Origin: Lachnospiraceae bacterium
Lineage (GTDB): Bacteria > Bacillota > Clostridia > Lachnospirales > Lachnospiraceae
Direction: 5' to 3'
DNA: 64,000 nt
Assembly (NCBI GenBank): GCA_024697595.1
Contig: JAILFK010000008.1
Span: forward strand, 23,972 to 87,971
A model generated the notes under the pieces. It was not told the origin of the DNA and searched no databases. It saw only the letters and a list, made by a program, of their open reading frames with translations. Shown here one piece after another: positions 17,240 to 27,074 of the stretch (the stretch's first letter is position 1; every line of letters begins with the position of its first letter). Position numbers and translations under genes: made by a program.

Positions 17240-19067
17240 CTTCCGTTTTCAAAGCTTCGTTTTTTGTAAAACACAAAACTAAGAGCAACGGCAATATAAG
17301 TTGCTGTGCAAAGCCGTAACGTGGCCAATACCAAATAGGTGATGCTATTATCAATGTCATCATTAACCCAAGGGCTGGCGCAAGCATTATAAATCTCTTC
17401 CAATCACCTCGCAAAAGTGCAAAGATTGCCAAAGCAATAATCAACCAATGCATATAAGAAACCGGTATATCTCTCGCTGTGTGTGGAAACATTTTCGCTG
17501 CGGTAGAGTCATCTTCAACATTTTTTAATTCTATACCCTCTACTCCTAAAGGATAGGCTCTGTTTACACCAATATTTCTCGGAACTCCACCATCTATATT
17601 GGCTTCGAAGGTATTAACACACTTTTGATTAATTGCCCAAAAGCCAAAGGTTTGCAATTCCCACGCTTCTATACATATCTTAGGATTCTTTTTCGCAATA
17701 GAAATGTATTTATTAATAAAATTATCTTCTAATACAGCTTTATTAAACAGCGGATTCCATTTCAAATTATCTACACAACAAGGAGTATATGTTTCATCAT
17801 AATCATCTATAGGATAAATAGCATTCATATATGCAATTTCTTCATCACTTAAATCACCATTACAAACCACTACTCTTGCCATTTGATTTAAAAAAATGCC
17901 ATAACTCTCCACCTTGGTATCGCTTTTATCCACGCCCCAGCTATCATACACAGGTCCTGTGACATAATTTGAAATAATAACTATCGATGCACATACACAG
18001 ATGCATCTAGCTATATTCCACGCTTTTTCCTTTTTTAAGAAAAAATAAATAAACGCAATTATCATTATGATAATAACTGCAAGAACAATATAAATACCGT
18101 TATTCCTACTAAATATTACCAAAAAACTTGTCGCTATTAATTTCAAATATGACCATATTTTTTGTAGCACTGAATCGTATTTTCCATAAATAGCATCAAA
18201 AAAACAAATTGTAAACACAATAACCGAAACAGAAAAAATTGGATCCTTCCATATTGCTATTGAATATTGCGCCACATATGTTGATGCTCCAAAACAAAGT
18301 ACTGTAAGATAATATATCCATTTATTTATTGTAAATTTAAATCTAACCCAATTTAAGAAATAACTAACACCGATTGCCATAAAAACAGTTTGGCAAAAGC
18401 TAAAAATAGCTAATCCCTGTGTTATTCCGCCTATTTTAAAGCCTAAATTTAAGCAAATACGCAAAAACAATATATACATCACTGGATGATGATTTGTAAG
18501 CGTAGCTAAACCTAATGCTTCGATAACATTACTTGAAGTATCACCAAAATAAAATCCCGGATAATATACATATAAATATGGTAGCCACATCAACATCATA
18601 ATAATAGTAGCAATTACAACACTCTTAATGGATACTCTTTTCGAAATATCAAATTCAACAAGCTTCCCATTATATTTTTCTCGTAATAAAATAATACTTT
18701 TTACAATAGCACATATAAAATAAGCGATACCACAAATTGCAATAATATCCGCAAAACAATATGCACTTATGTAATTTGCAGTATGGGTTCCCGCATAAAT
18801 ATTACTTATATCTATCTGTATATGTTTTCCTGCAACGATAACAACCGACAATATTACTGAAAATACCACAGTCGCCACTAAATCATTCTTATTTTTTATC
18901 TCGTATGAATATGCATATAACTTAATTTGTAAAAAATCTATGAAAAATCCCAAGACAATTCCAACCAAAAGCCAACTGCTAATATTCATATAATATGTAA
19001 ACACTAACGTCGTTACATATATTAATACTCTTTTTAAAATCTCTATCGTTTTAGCCTTACTTGCCAT
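17229..19067 (-). CDS. Large polytopic membrane protein, possible GT-C-type glycosyltransferase (family unassigned)
   Basis: 612 aa with more than 12 TM helices and a C-terminal extracytoplasmic domain of about 150 aa. Located downstream of DUF2142 and upstream of the GT2/DUF2304 pair. Confidence 0.4.
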   Translation of the reverse strand: MASKAKTIEILKRVLIYVTTLVFTYYMNISSWLLVGIVLGFFIDFLQIKLYAYSYEIKNKNDLVATVVFSVILSVVIVAGKHIQIDISNIYAGTHTANYISAYCFADIIAICGIAYFICAIVKSIILLREKYNGKLVEFDISKRVSIKSVVIATIIMMLMWLPYLYVYYPGFYFGDTSSNVIEALGLATLTNHHPVMYILFLRICLNLGFKIGGITQGLAIFSFCQTVFMAIGVSYFLNWVRFKFTINKWIYYLTVLCFGASTYVAQYSIAIWKDPIFSVSVIVFTICFFDAIYGKYDSVLQKIWSYLKLIATSFLVIFSRNNGIYIVLAVIIIMIIAFIYFFLKKEKAWNIARCICVCASIVIISNYVTGPVYDSWGVDKSDTKVESYGIFLNQMARVVVCNGDLSDEEIAYMNAIYPIDDYDETYTPCCVDNLKWNPLFNKAVLEDNFINKYISIAKKNPKICIEAWELQTFGFWAINQKCVNTFEANIDGGVPRNIGVNRAYPLGVEGIELKNVEDDSTAAKMFPHTARDIPVSYMHWLIIALAIFALLRGDWKRFIMLAPALGLMMTLIIASPIWYWPRYGFAQQLILPLLLVLCFTKNEALKTEDEK

Positions 19068-19097
19068 AAATATAAACTTCCTTTTCGCAACATCCTA

Positions 19098-20663
19098 TCA
19101 TCTGCTAATAATTGTCACGTACACATGATATATGGATAAATACTGTAAAATATATAATCCAGCATATATATATTTTGTCACATTTTGTTTCATTACAATA
19201 AAATTATTCTTTAGCAAAATAACTAAAAACGGTAGCATAGGTAAAAAATATCTACCTTGTACACCGGCAACATAATACTGTCCAAGTGGAGTCCAATCGA
19301 TTAACAACGCATAAAAAATCATACATGTTATAACTCCAATAACACCTACAGCCCAGAATCTTTGGAATGGTGAAAGCACTTTGTCTTCTTCCTCATTTTT
19401 TATGACAGACAAAACTATCAACACTACAAATCCATATATTATATATCCTGGAACCATAATTTCAAGCCAGCCTAGATATTGCCCCAACATAGTTTCTATA
19501 TAATATGTGCCTTGTGAAATAATCGTTCCATAAACTACTTCAACTATCTGGTAAGGATTATGCAATAAATAACCCAAACTATATGTCGCCTGTTCCGTCA
19601 ACATACTACTTGACCCTGACCCAACAGACACAACAGTCTGAAACCTCGTCAATAAAATAATTGCCGCACCACCACTCAGGCTCAAAAACATTCCTAATAT
19701 TTTATGAAGTTTATTTTTAAACTTACTCGCTGGAATCATGAATAGCATCAGTGCCAAAACCAAATATACTATTTTCCCAGGCGCTATCAGTGCAAATAAC
19801 ACAAATAATATTAATATATGTTTCCAAGTGACTTCATTCGCATCAAATATCAAATACATTAATATTCCAAAATACAAAAATGCCAATGTCAATACATTCG
19901 AATCATATGACATGGAACACACTTGTTGTAATGTCATAGGTAGCAATGCAACAACCATCAATAATTCTTTTCCGATTGGTGCTAGTTTTATCGCCCAATA
20001 AACTAAAACAATAAAAAATGCTAAAGCAAACCATCTGCCCCATAATAACATTTGAATATTGCCTAAATTAAATAATCTTGCAAGTGTCACTCCTATTATC
20101 TGAGGTATATAAGCTAGAGCCGACACGTTCTGTGGTGCTCTGGACATTGAAACAACGCCCTCGCTGTGATCCATATTTCCAAAATTATGAAACATTAATG
20201 AATACGACCTTGCATTTGGTAAATGTTGGTCATTATGCTCGTAAAGTGAATCATCCTCTCTATACAGCACAGCGCCATTTTCATCCACGGTTTGTTCACC
20301 TAATAATTTACTGGAATAATTATATACTGTATCCACATGTACCGCTTCGTCCGGTGATGTAAATGGTGGCAATAACAAGGAATATATGATTCCAAAAAAT
20401 ATTCCTAAACACAAAAACACTTTTTCTGCCTTCCATTTGCTAATACCAAAATATAAACACAGAAAACCTATCAACAAAACTGCGAATAGAATCACTGTCA
20501 TTGGTTTCAAAAAATGTAATTCAGCATTTACCATTAACGGATTTACCGTATCATGAATAGTCCTAACTAAGGTCAACAATATAATCGCGCTAATTGAAGC
20601 AACTATTAGACATTTATATTTATTATTTTTTATATAATCATAAGCCTTATATATAATCGACAT
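19098..20663 (-). CDS. DUF2142-like polytopic membrane protein (putative GT-C glycosyltransferase, GacL-like role)
   Basis: 521 aa and multi-TM. The first outside loop carries SPDEAVHVD, the acidic PDE..H motif I associate with DUF2142. Confidence 0.55.
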   Translation of the reverse strand: MSIIYKAYDYIKNNKYKCLIVASISAIILLTLVRTIHDTVNPLMVNAELHFLKPMTVILFAVLLIGFLCLYFGISKWKAEKVFLCLGIFFGIIYSLLLPPFTSPDEAVHVDTVYNYSSKLLGEQTVDENGAVLYREDDSLYEHNDQHLPNARSYSLMFHNFGNMDHSEGVVSMSRAPQNVSALAYIPQIIGVTLARLFNLGNIQMLLWGRWFALAFFIVLVYWAIKLAPIGKELLMVVALLPMTLQQVCSMSYDSNVLTLAFLYFGILMYLIFDANEVTWKHILILFVLFALIAPGKIVYLVLALMLFMIPASKFKNKLHKILGMFLSLSGGAAIILLTRFQTVVSVGSGSSSMLTEQATYSLGYLLHNPYQIVEVVYGTIISQGTYYIETMLGQYLGWLEIMVPGYIIYGFVVLIVLSVIKNEEEDKVLSPFQRFWAVGVIGVITCMIFYALLIDWTPLGQYYVAGVQGRYFLPMLPFLVILLKNNFIVMKQNVTKYIYAGLYILQYLSIYHVYVTIISR

Positions 20664-20664
20664 T

Positions 20665-22767
20665 CTATTTTGCTACTCTTCCTTCACTCTTCCCATAATT
20701 TATATAATGCAAGTAATATTGTTTATTATTGTTTCCATATGCATTTCTTAAATCTCCATAATTATTTTTATAGGCATTCAAATTAAAGTCAGATTTAGCC
20801 TGACGGCCTTCATTCATTCCATAATTAACAAAGTGAGCTAGTGTAGCAGCATCATCTGTTCCAAATGCTCTATAAACATCTCTGTTATGCGCCACATAAT
20901 AATCATAATTGTATACCGCAGCATAATTTACGCCATTATATACTGTAGTCGCTCCTACAACCTTGTCTAAATTTTGTGTTGCTGTTCGACCTTCTTTCTT
21001 TCCATAATTAATATAGTGTAAATAATATGCTTTTTTATTATTTCCATATGCATTTCTCAAGTCACTATATGTATTTTTATATGCATTAACATTGAATTCC
21101 GCTTTTGCTTGGCGGCCTTCATTCATTCCATAGTTCACAAAATGCTCTAAAGCCTTTGTATCATTATCTCCAAAAGCCTTTTTTATATCGCTATTATGTG
21201 CAATATAATAATCATAATTATATACCGCACTGTAATTTACTCCATTATATGTTGTCACTCTTCCTTGTACGTTCTTTTCATATCCTATGGCTACTCGACC
21301 TTCTCTTCGTCCATAATTGATATAATGCAAATAATATGCTGGCAAATTATTCCCATAAGCACCACGTAAGTCAGGATATAAATTTTTATATGATATTACA
21401 TTGAAAGTACTAACTGCCTGACGCCCCTCTTTCATGCCATTATTGACAAAATGTCTCAATAGTGCGACGTCATCATCCCCATAAACATTTGCTACATCTT
21501 TATTATGGGCAAGATAATAATGCATATCATACACAGCCGAATAATCAATTCCATTGTATGTAGTTAAGCAGCCCAACATTTTGTTTTCACAACCTGTACC
21601 ATGACGCCCTTCTGCTTTTCCAAAAGTTTTATAATGATTATAATACGATCTCCAATCTTTACCATATTTATGTCGTAAATCTGCATATTCATTTCTATAT
21701 GAAATAGGATTAAATTCTGCGCATCCCTGTCTGCCTTCTGACATTCCGTGTATTCTAAAATGTTGTAGCAACGCTGCAGGCTCGTTTCCCATCGCTTGCA
21801 CTACATCTGGATTATGCTGAGCATAATATCCAGCATCAAATATAGCTGAATAATCTTGTCCGCATATAGTTCCATCATCATACCAATAATCTAAATCTAC
21901 ATATCCTGATATACCACTGATATATCCCTGACTAGAAAATTGCCAGAAATCATATGTTCCACCATAATTGGTATCTCGCCAAGGGTAATCATGATAATAC
22001 TCTCCATCCCCGCCACCTGGCAAATAATAATACTGTGCTACCCATATTTTAAAATGATTAGCCAACGCTGCACCATTAATAATACCATTCAACGTAGCCT
22101 TATTAGCATATACACATGGTGTATAACCATATTGTTGTACTCTCTGGCAAAATGCTGTACATACCGATGTTCTAGAATCCATACTCTGCCCACTATTTTT
22201 TAATCTGCAATTTGACCCAGAGCAAAATTCGTAGTCCAAAACAACTGGCATAGTTATATTGTAATTATAAATCCGACCACATATATAATCAGCTTCTTCA
22301 ATAGCCTCCGCCTCATTTACTGCCTCAGAATAAAAGTACACTCCTGTCTTCAATCCTGCCGCATTCGCGCCGGCTAAATTCTGTCTAAAAAGATCATCCT
22401 CGTATAAATAACCACTATTAGATCTACCACCAACTTTTACAAAAACAAATTCAACTCCTGAATTCTTAACAGCAGTCCAATTAATATCCCCCTGCCAATG
22501 AGATACATCTATGCCTTTTCGAACTGTATGATTCGAATTTCTTGCAGCATTCTTTACCACATTAAATGTAAAATCATCATCAACAGGATCTTCATGAACC
22601 TGCCCTTTGTCAGGTTCTCCCATTCCATAAGCTATCTGGCCTTCATAATTCTTGACCGCCTGAGCATCTGTACCTCTAAGCATAAATACCGTTAGCAGCA
22701 CTGCCATTAACGGCAATATAAATGTTATAACTTTTGTCACTTTCATTTCTTTTATTTTTTCTCGCAT
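20665..22767 (-). CDS. Secreted GH25 muramidase (lysozyme) with four C-terminal ~103-aa repeats
   Basis: Signal/anchor VITFILPLMAVLLTVFML. GH25 motifs GIDVSHWQGDINW, EFVFVKVG, VLDYE and FWQFS. Start set at ATG 22767 (MREKIKEM) because GAGGTGG lies 4 nt upstream and it clears the upstream stop. The track start at 22812 is TTG. Confidence 0.85.
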   Translation of the reverse strand: MREKIKEMKVTKVITFILPLMAVLLTVFMLRGTDAQAVKNYEGQIAYGMGEPDKGQVHEDPVDDDFTFNVVKNAARNSNHTVRKGIDVSHWQGDINWTAVKNSGVEFVFVKVGGRSNSGYLYEDDLFRQNLAGANAAGLKTGVYFYSEAVNEAEAIEEADYICGRIYNYNITMPVVLDYEFCSGSNCRLKNSGQSMDSRTSVCTAFCQRVQQYGYTPCVYANKATLNGIINGAALANHFKIWVAQYYYLPGGGDGEYYHDYPWRDTNYGGTYDFWQFSSQGYISGISGYVDLDYWYDDGTICGQDYSAIFDAGYYAQHNPDVVQAMGNEPAALLQHFRIHGMSEGRQGCAEFNPISYRNEYADLRHKYGKDWRSYYNHYKTFGKAEGRHGTGCENKMLGCLTTYNGIDYSAVYDMHYYLAHNKDVANVYGDDDVALLRHFVNNGMKEGRQAVSTFNVISYKNLYPDLRGAYGNNLPAYYLHYINYGRREGRVAIGYEKNVQGRVTTYNGVNYSAVYNYDYYIAHNSDIKKAFGDNDTKALEHFVNYGMNEGRQAKAEFNVNAYKNTYSDLRNAYGNNKKAYYLHYINYGKKEGRTATQNLDKVVGATTVYNGVNYAAVYNYDYYVAHNRDVYRAFGTDDAATLAHFVNYGMNEGRQAKSDFNLNAYKNNYGDLRNAYGNNNKQYYLHYINYGKSEGRVAK
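20668..21855 (-). repeat. Four tandem ~309-nt coding repeats (unassigned EGR-motif module)
   Basis: Protein units start DYSAIFDAGYY, DYSAVYDMHYY, NYSAVYNYDYY and NYAAVYNYDYY. Each unit ends ...LHYINYGxxEGR. Confidence 0.9.
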
Positions 22768-22780
22768 TATCCACCTCATA

Positions 22781-24472
22781 TTACTGACCGTTTCTTCCCT
22801 CATTTTTCCCAAAATTTATGTAATGTAAGTAATACAATTTTGTATTATCACCATATGCATTTCGCAGGTCTGCATATCTGTTCTTGTACGACTGCACATT
22901 AAACGAAGATTTTGCCTGACGTCCTTCATTCATTCCATAATTCACAAAATGACTTAACGTCGCTATGTCGTCCGTTCCATATGCATTATACACATCTCTA
23001 TTATTTTGCACATAATAATCGTAATCGTATACTGCAGAATAGTTTGCTCCATTATATACTGTTGTAGCACCTACAACCCTATCCTCATACCCAGTTGTTA
23101 TTCTCCCCTCATTTTTTCCATAATTTATGTAATGCAAGTAATACTCTTTCAGATTATTACCATATGCATTTCGCAGGTCTGCATATCTGTTCTTGTACGA
23201 CTGCACATTAAACGAAGATTTAGCTTGACGCCCTTCACTCATTCCATATTTGACAAAATGTTCTAACGCAGCTTGTTTATTTGTACCAAAAGCTTTTTGT
23301 AAATCACCATATTTTGAAATATAATAGTTATAATTATACACTGCTGAATAATCAACTCCACCATATATAGGTTTTACTTCTGGCGCGCTTCCATAATTAT
23401 AATTACATGGTGGTCTATTATATTGGCTCCATAAACTCTCAACTGCATGACTGTCCGCACCGGCAGTTTGTTCGCTAACATTAAAATACTCTTCCCTTTC
23501 ACCGCCTGTATCAGCAAAAGTAACATCTACAAGATACCAATAATCCCCAATTCTAACTTGATTCCACTCATGATTCGAACTTGTAACCACAATGCAGTCT
23601 ATTCCAGCATAGTTACAATATAATTCGAAAGCTTCCGAATAACCAGCACATACACTTACCTTATTTACAATAGCACTATAGCAAGATTGATCATAATCTG
23701 CTGAAGCATAATTTACAGTATCAATCAAATTATTATATGATATAGATTCATTTAAAATTGTCATTTCTTCATCCCATGAACTGGTCTTTTGCAATTCCGA
23801 TGTAACTTTTTCTATTTCATTTTTAAAAGTATTTGTACAGTCTCTTCTATACTCACCATTTGCGAAATCTGGATCTATACCAACAGCAACACTAGCGTCA
23901 CTATAAGCATATGAATCGTCCAAAAAATAAAATTGTGGATTTGCATTTTCAAATATATATGCAACCTCTATAGCCTCTGACGGAGTGATACCAGAAAAAG
24001 GAACTCCGTCACATATAACCCCTGTATCGCCGGTTTCTAGGAGTATATTCATACATTTTGAATACAAAGCATCATACACCGCTTTTTTACTTGCACTCAT
24101 TTGATTATAATAATATCTAGATCCAAATTGATCCCAATAAGAAGAAGTAGCATTATATCTTTTAGAATACGTTCTAAGTTTCCCCTGGTCAGGCTCATCA
24201 AGCACACGAATCTCTGCGCCATAAAATCTCTGTTCCAATTCGTTTGTATATCCTTCTTTTTCAGAATTGGACATAGATTTAAAATCTTCTGCCGTAACTT
24301 CATCTACATTAAATTCATCACCGCAATCAGCACACAATTCTCCTTGATTATATACAACCTCTAACTCGCTCTTTCCACCACCTTCAATTATATGGCCAAA
24401 TGGAAATGCCATCCCTACCATCAGGACAACCACAAAGAATGCACTTAAAATTCTCTTTTTGTTATTTTTCAT
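22781..24472 (-). CDS. Secreted transglutaminase-like (papain-fold Cys-His-Asp) protein with two C-terminal ~103-aa repeats
   Basis: Signal peptide ILSAFFVVVLMVGMAFP. Core is VCAGYSEAFELYCNYAGIDCIVVTSSNHEWNQVRIGDYWYLVDVT (C...H...D spacing of transglutaminase-like domains). The repeats are the same as in the GH25 neighbour. Confidence 0.65.
   Translation of the reverse strand: MKNNKKRILSAFFVVVLMVGMAFPFGHIIEGGGKSELEVVYNQGELCADCGDEFNVDEVTAEDFKSMSNSEKEGYTNELEQRFYGAEIRVLDEPDQGKLRTYSKRYNATSSYWDQFGSRYYYNQMSASKKAVYDALYSKCMNILLETGDTGVICDGVPFSGITPSEAIEVAYIFENANPQFYFLDDSYAYSDASVAVGIDPDFANGEYRRDCTNTFKNEIEKVTSELQKTSSWDEEMTILNESISYNNLIDTVNYASADYDQSCYSAIVNKVSVCAGYSEAFELYCNYAGIDCIVVTSSNHEWNQVRIGDYWYLVDVTFADTGGEREEYFNVSEQTAGADSHAVESLWSQYNRPPCNYNYGSAPEVKPIYGGVDYSAVYNYNYYISKYGDLQKAFGTNKQAALEHFVKYGMSEGRQAKSSFNVQSYKNRYADLRNAYGNNLKEYYLHYINYGKNEGRITTGYEDRVVGATTVYNGANYSAVYDYDYYVQNNRDVYNAYGTDDIATLSHFVNYGMNEGRQAKSSFNVQSYKNRYADLRNAYGDNTKLYYLHYINFGKNEGRNGQ
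22784..23353 (-). repeat. Two tandem ~309-nt coding repeats of the same EGR-motif module
   Basis: 63 nt are identical between the copies (22850-22912 = 23159-23221, offset 309 nt). Confidence 0.92.
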
Positions 24473-24492
24473 AATATTCCGCCTTTATAATA

Positions 24493-27054
24493 TTACTTTA
24501 ATTCAAAATGCGAGGAATCTAATGTAAGATTTGGATTATAATAAGGGTCTCCTTTTTCCATCTCTTCACTCCATTTGTTGACAAACTTCTCAATCTCTCC
24601 ATGAAACCTCTTTATTTTTTCTGGATTATCCTCAGCGCCTCGTGATTTTGATTCATAATGATAAAACTCAGCATAAGGATTATATACCACCAACTTATGA
24701 GCTTGATGCAATACTTTCATGCAATAATCTATGTCATTAAACGCAACTTCAAAGCTTTCATCTAAGCCACCTACTTCATCCCACACTTCTCTAGTAGTTA
24801 ATAGACACGCAGCAGTAACTGCTGATAAATCTTGCACTTCCCACGGCCTACATAAATAGCCATCCTCACTTTTATCCAATCCAATAAAAGCATGTCCTGC
24901 AATTCCACCAAAACCAATAATCACACCAGCATGCTGAATTGTGTCGTCAGGATAATACAATTTAGCGCCCACAATACCAACATCTTCACGAATCGCAATA
25001 TCCACCATTTCTTTTATTGCCTCCGGAGCAATTATCTCGGTATCGTTATTCAATAGCAGTATATACTCACCTGTAGCATACTCTACTCCAAAATTATTTA
25101 TTTTAGAGTAATTAAAATTACCATCATAATATACAACTCTAATACTTGGCGTATATTTACTATCAGTAAATTCATTCGCCTCTACGGTCTTTATATAATC
25201 TTCGCCAAGCTCTTTGTAATATTCAAACGTCTCCACTTCAGTACTATTATTTTCAATAATTATAAACTCTAAATTTCGATAAATAGATTTTTTAATTATT
25301 GAATCTATACACTTTTGAAGATCATCTATATGATCCTTATTTGGAATAATCACCGACACTAATGGCTCTTTATCCCAATGATAATACGTTCTATACACAC
25401 ATCTTTCTTGATTATATTCTACAGTAGCTGGAATCCCCACTCTCTTGTAATGAGCTTCAATAGCTTTACAACCACCTGTTATAGCATATGTCTTATTCCC
25501 AATATTTTGCGCCGTCGATTGATTATGCACTCTCCAGTGATACAATACCATCGGAACATGATATATTTCATTAGCAACCTCACACAATCTAAATATCATA
25601 TCGTGATCTTGGGCACCATCATAATCAGATTGAAACTCCCCCGCTTTTTCCAAAAGTGATTTTCGGAAACAAAGCATGTGGCATATATAATTAATAGATC
25701 TAAGTAAATCTATATTGTAATCAGGCTTAAAATGAGGCTCAAAATATTTTTTTGATGATTTGTCAATTTTATCTTCATCTGAATATAAAACATCAACACC
25801 GGGATGTTCATTTATAGCTTTTACAAATTCATACAACGCATTTGGAGAAACCAAATCATCATGATCACAAAGAGCTATAAAATCACCTTTTGCCATTTTT
25901 AGCGCAGCGTTAGTGTTGTCAGCAATCCCCAAATTGCAATCTAATAGTTGATATTTTAATCTATCGTCATCTATAGACTCAACAACCTCCTGAAGTGTAC
26001 AATCTTCACCACTCGTTTTCCCATTATCATCTATTAAAATGCTTCCGTCCGCTAGACATAGTTCCCAATTTGAATATGTCTGTTTTTGAAAGGATTCTAT
26101 TAATTCTTTAAAGAACTTCTCATTGGTTCTATAAAGAGGTATACATATAGAAATCAATGGTTCGTAATCGAAATGTATGCCCTTTTGCTCTTCAAGTTCT
26201 TTATCTGTCACACCATATTTCTTCCTAAAAGCATCATAATCATTTTGCAATCTCATACGCTTAATAGGAATAAACTTTTCTATACATCTTCTAACAGTCC
26301 TTTTAAATCCGTGCTTTTTGTAAAAACGCACTGCTTTATAAAAAATATTTGGTTGCTTCTCCTCAATATATTTGACGCCCTTATTTTTTGTTATTTCAAC
26401 CGATCCGCTCTGGTGCTGTCCTCTAGCTTCAAGTATCATCTTCCCAGCAGTTGCATTACTTATAGATATTATAAATCCACATTTAGAATCTTCGTCTAGT
26501 TCTTTATAAGTATTTACTATATCTCTTCTATACACCCACTTAATATCACAATCAACTCTATCTCCATTAGAGCTCAACGACAACTCAATGTGTTCTCTAG
26601 CTACGCACCATCCAACTATCTTGGTAACGCCTTCATCTTCCTCTATAGTATCAACAATTAGTTGCACTTTATCGCGCAAATCTTTCAACATATCAACAGG
26701 CATATATTTAACTGTATGACCATCTAGCTCGTCATTAGAATTCAATATCTCGTCAATATCTTCGCCTAAATCAACGCTAATAATTCTGACATCATTTATT
26801 CCTTCTAGCCGTTCATCTATAGAAACATAAAAATTATGTTCATCTCCAACATTCATATGTTGTTCCATATATTGCATTCTAATAGAAGGGCCATTAAGCA
26901 CATCATGTTCGCATTTCACATCTTTTCCATTTACTAATATATGAATCTCTTGCCCCTTTGGATCATCATCTGGATATACACCCGTTACAACCAAAGTATT
27001 CTTTTTAACTATATGAAAGTTAACCTTAATTAATTCAAATCTTATTTCTTGCAT
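24493..27054 (-). CDS. Multidomain glycosyltransferase: ~290-aa N-terminal non-GT region plus two GT2 modules
   Basis: GT2 module 1 is ISICIPLYRTNEKFFKELIESFQKQTYSNWELCLADGS...CDHDD. GT2 module 2 is VSVIIPNKDHIDDLQKCIDSIIKKSIYRNLEFIIIENNS...LLNNDTE. Confidence 0.85.
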   Translation of the reverse strand: MQEIRFELIKVNFHIVKKNTLVVTGVYPDDDPKGQEIHILVNGKDVKCEHDVLNGPSIRMQYMEQHMNVGDEHNFYVSIDERLEGINDVRIISVDLGEDIDEILNSNDELDGHTVKYMPVDMLKDLRDKVQLIVDTIEEDEGVTKIVGWCVAREHIELSLSSNGDRVDCDIKWVYRRDIVNTYKELDEDSKCGFIISISNATAGKMILEARGQHQSGSVEITKNKGVKYIEEKQPNIFYKAVRFYKKHGFKRTVRRCIEKFIPIKRMRLQNDYDAFRKKYGVTDKELEEQKGIHFDYEPLISICIPLYRTNEKFFKELIESFQKQTYSNWELCLADGSILIDDNGKTSGEDCTLQEVVESIDDDRLKYQLLDCNLGIADNTNAALKMAKGDFIALCDHDDLVSPNALYEFVKAINEHPGVDVLYSDEDKIDKSSKKYFEPHFKPDYNIDLLRSINYICHMLCFRKSLLEKAGEFQSDYDGAQDHDMIFRLCEVANEIYHVPMVLYHWRVHNQSTAQNIGNKTYAITGGCKAIEAHYKRVGIPATVEYNQERCVYRTYYHWDKEPLVSVIIPNKDHIDDLQKCIDSIIKKSIYRNLEFIIIENNSTEVETFEYYKELGEDYIKTVEANEFTDSKYTPSIRVVYYDGNFNYSKINNFGVEYATGEYILLLNNDTEIIAPEAIKEMVDIAIREDVGIVGAKLYYPDDTIQHAGVIIGFGGIAGHAFIGLDKSEDGYLCRPWEVQDLSAVTAACLLTTREVWDEVGGLDESFEVAFNDIDYCMKVLHQAHKLVVYNPYAEFYHYESKSRGAEDNPEKIKRFHGEIEKFVNKWSEEMEKGDPYYNPNLTLDSSHFELK

Positions 27055-27074
27055 TATTCCTTATCACACCATCT

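Noticed and set aside
17229-19067. 612-aa polytopic protein as the missing Wzy polymerase
   Set aside because: It is larger than typical Wzy and I recognised no Wzy_C-type motif. Its context (DUF2142, DUF2304, GT2) fits a GT-C decorator better. It remains unassigned.
20668-23353. Regularly spaced ~309-nt DNA repeats as a CRISPR-like or satellite array
   Set aside because: The repeats are in frame inside two long ORFs and encode a conserved protein module. There are no short direct repeats with unique spacers.
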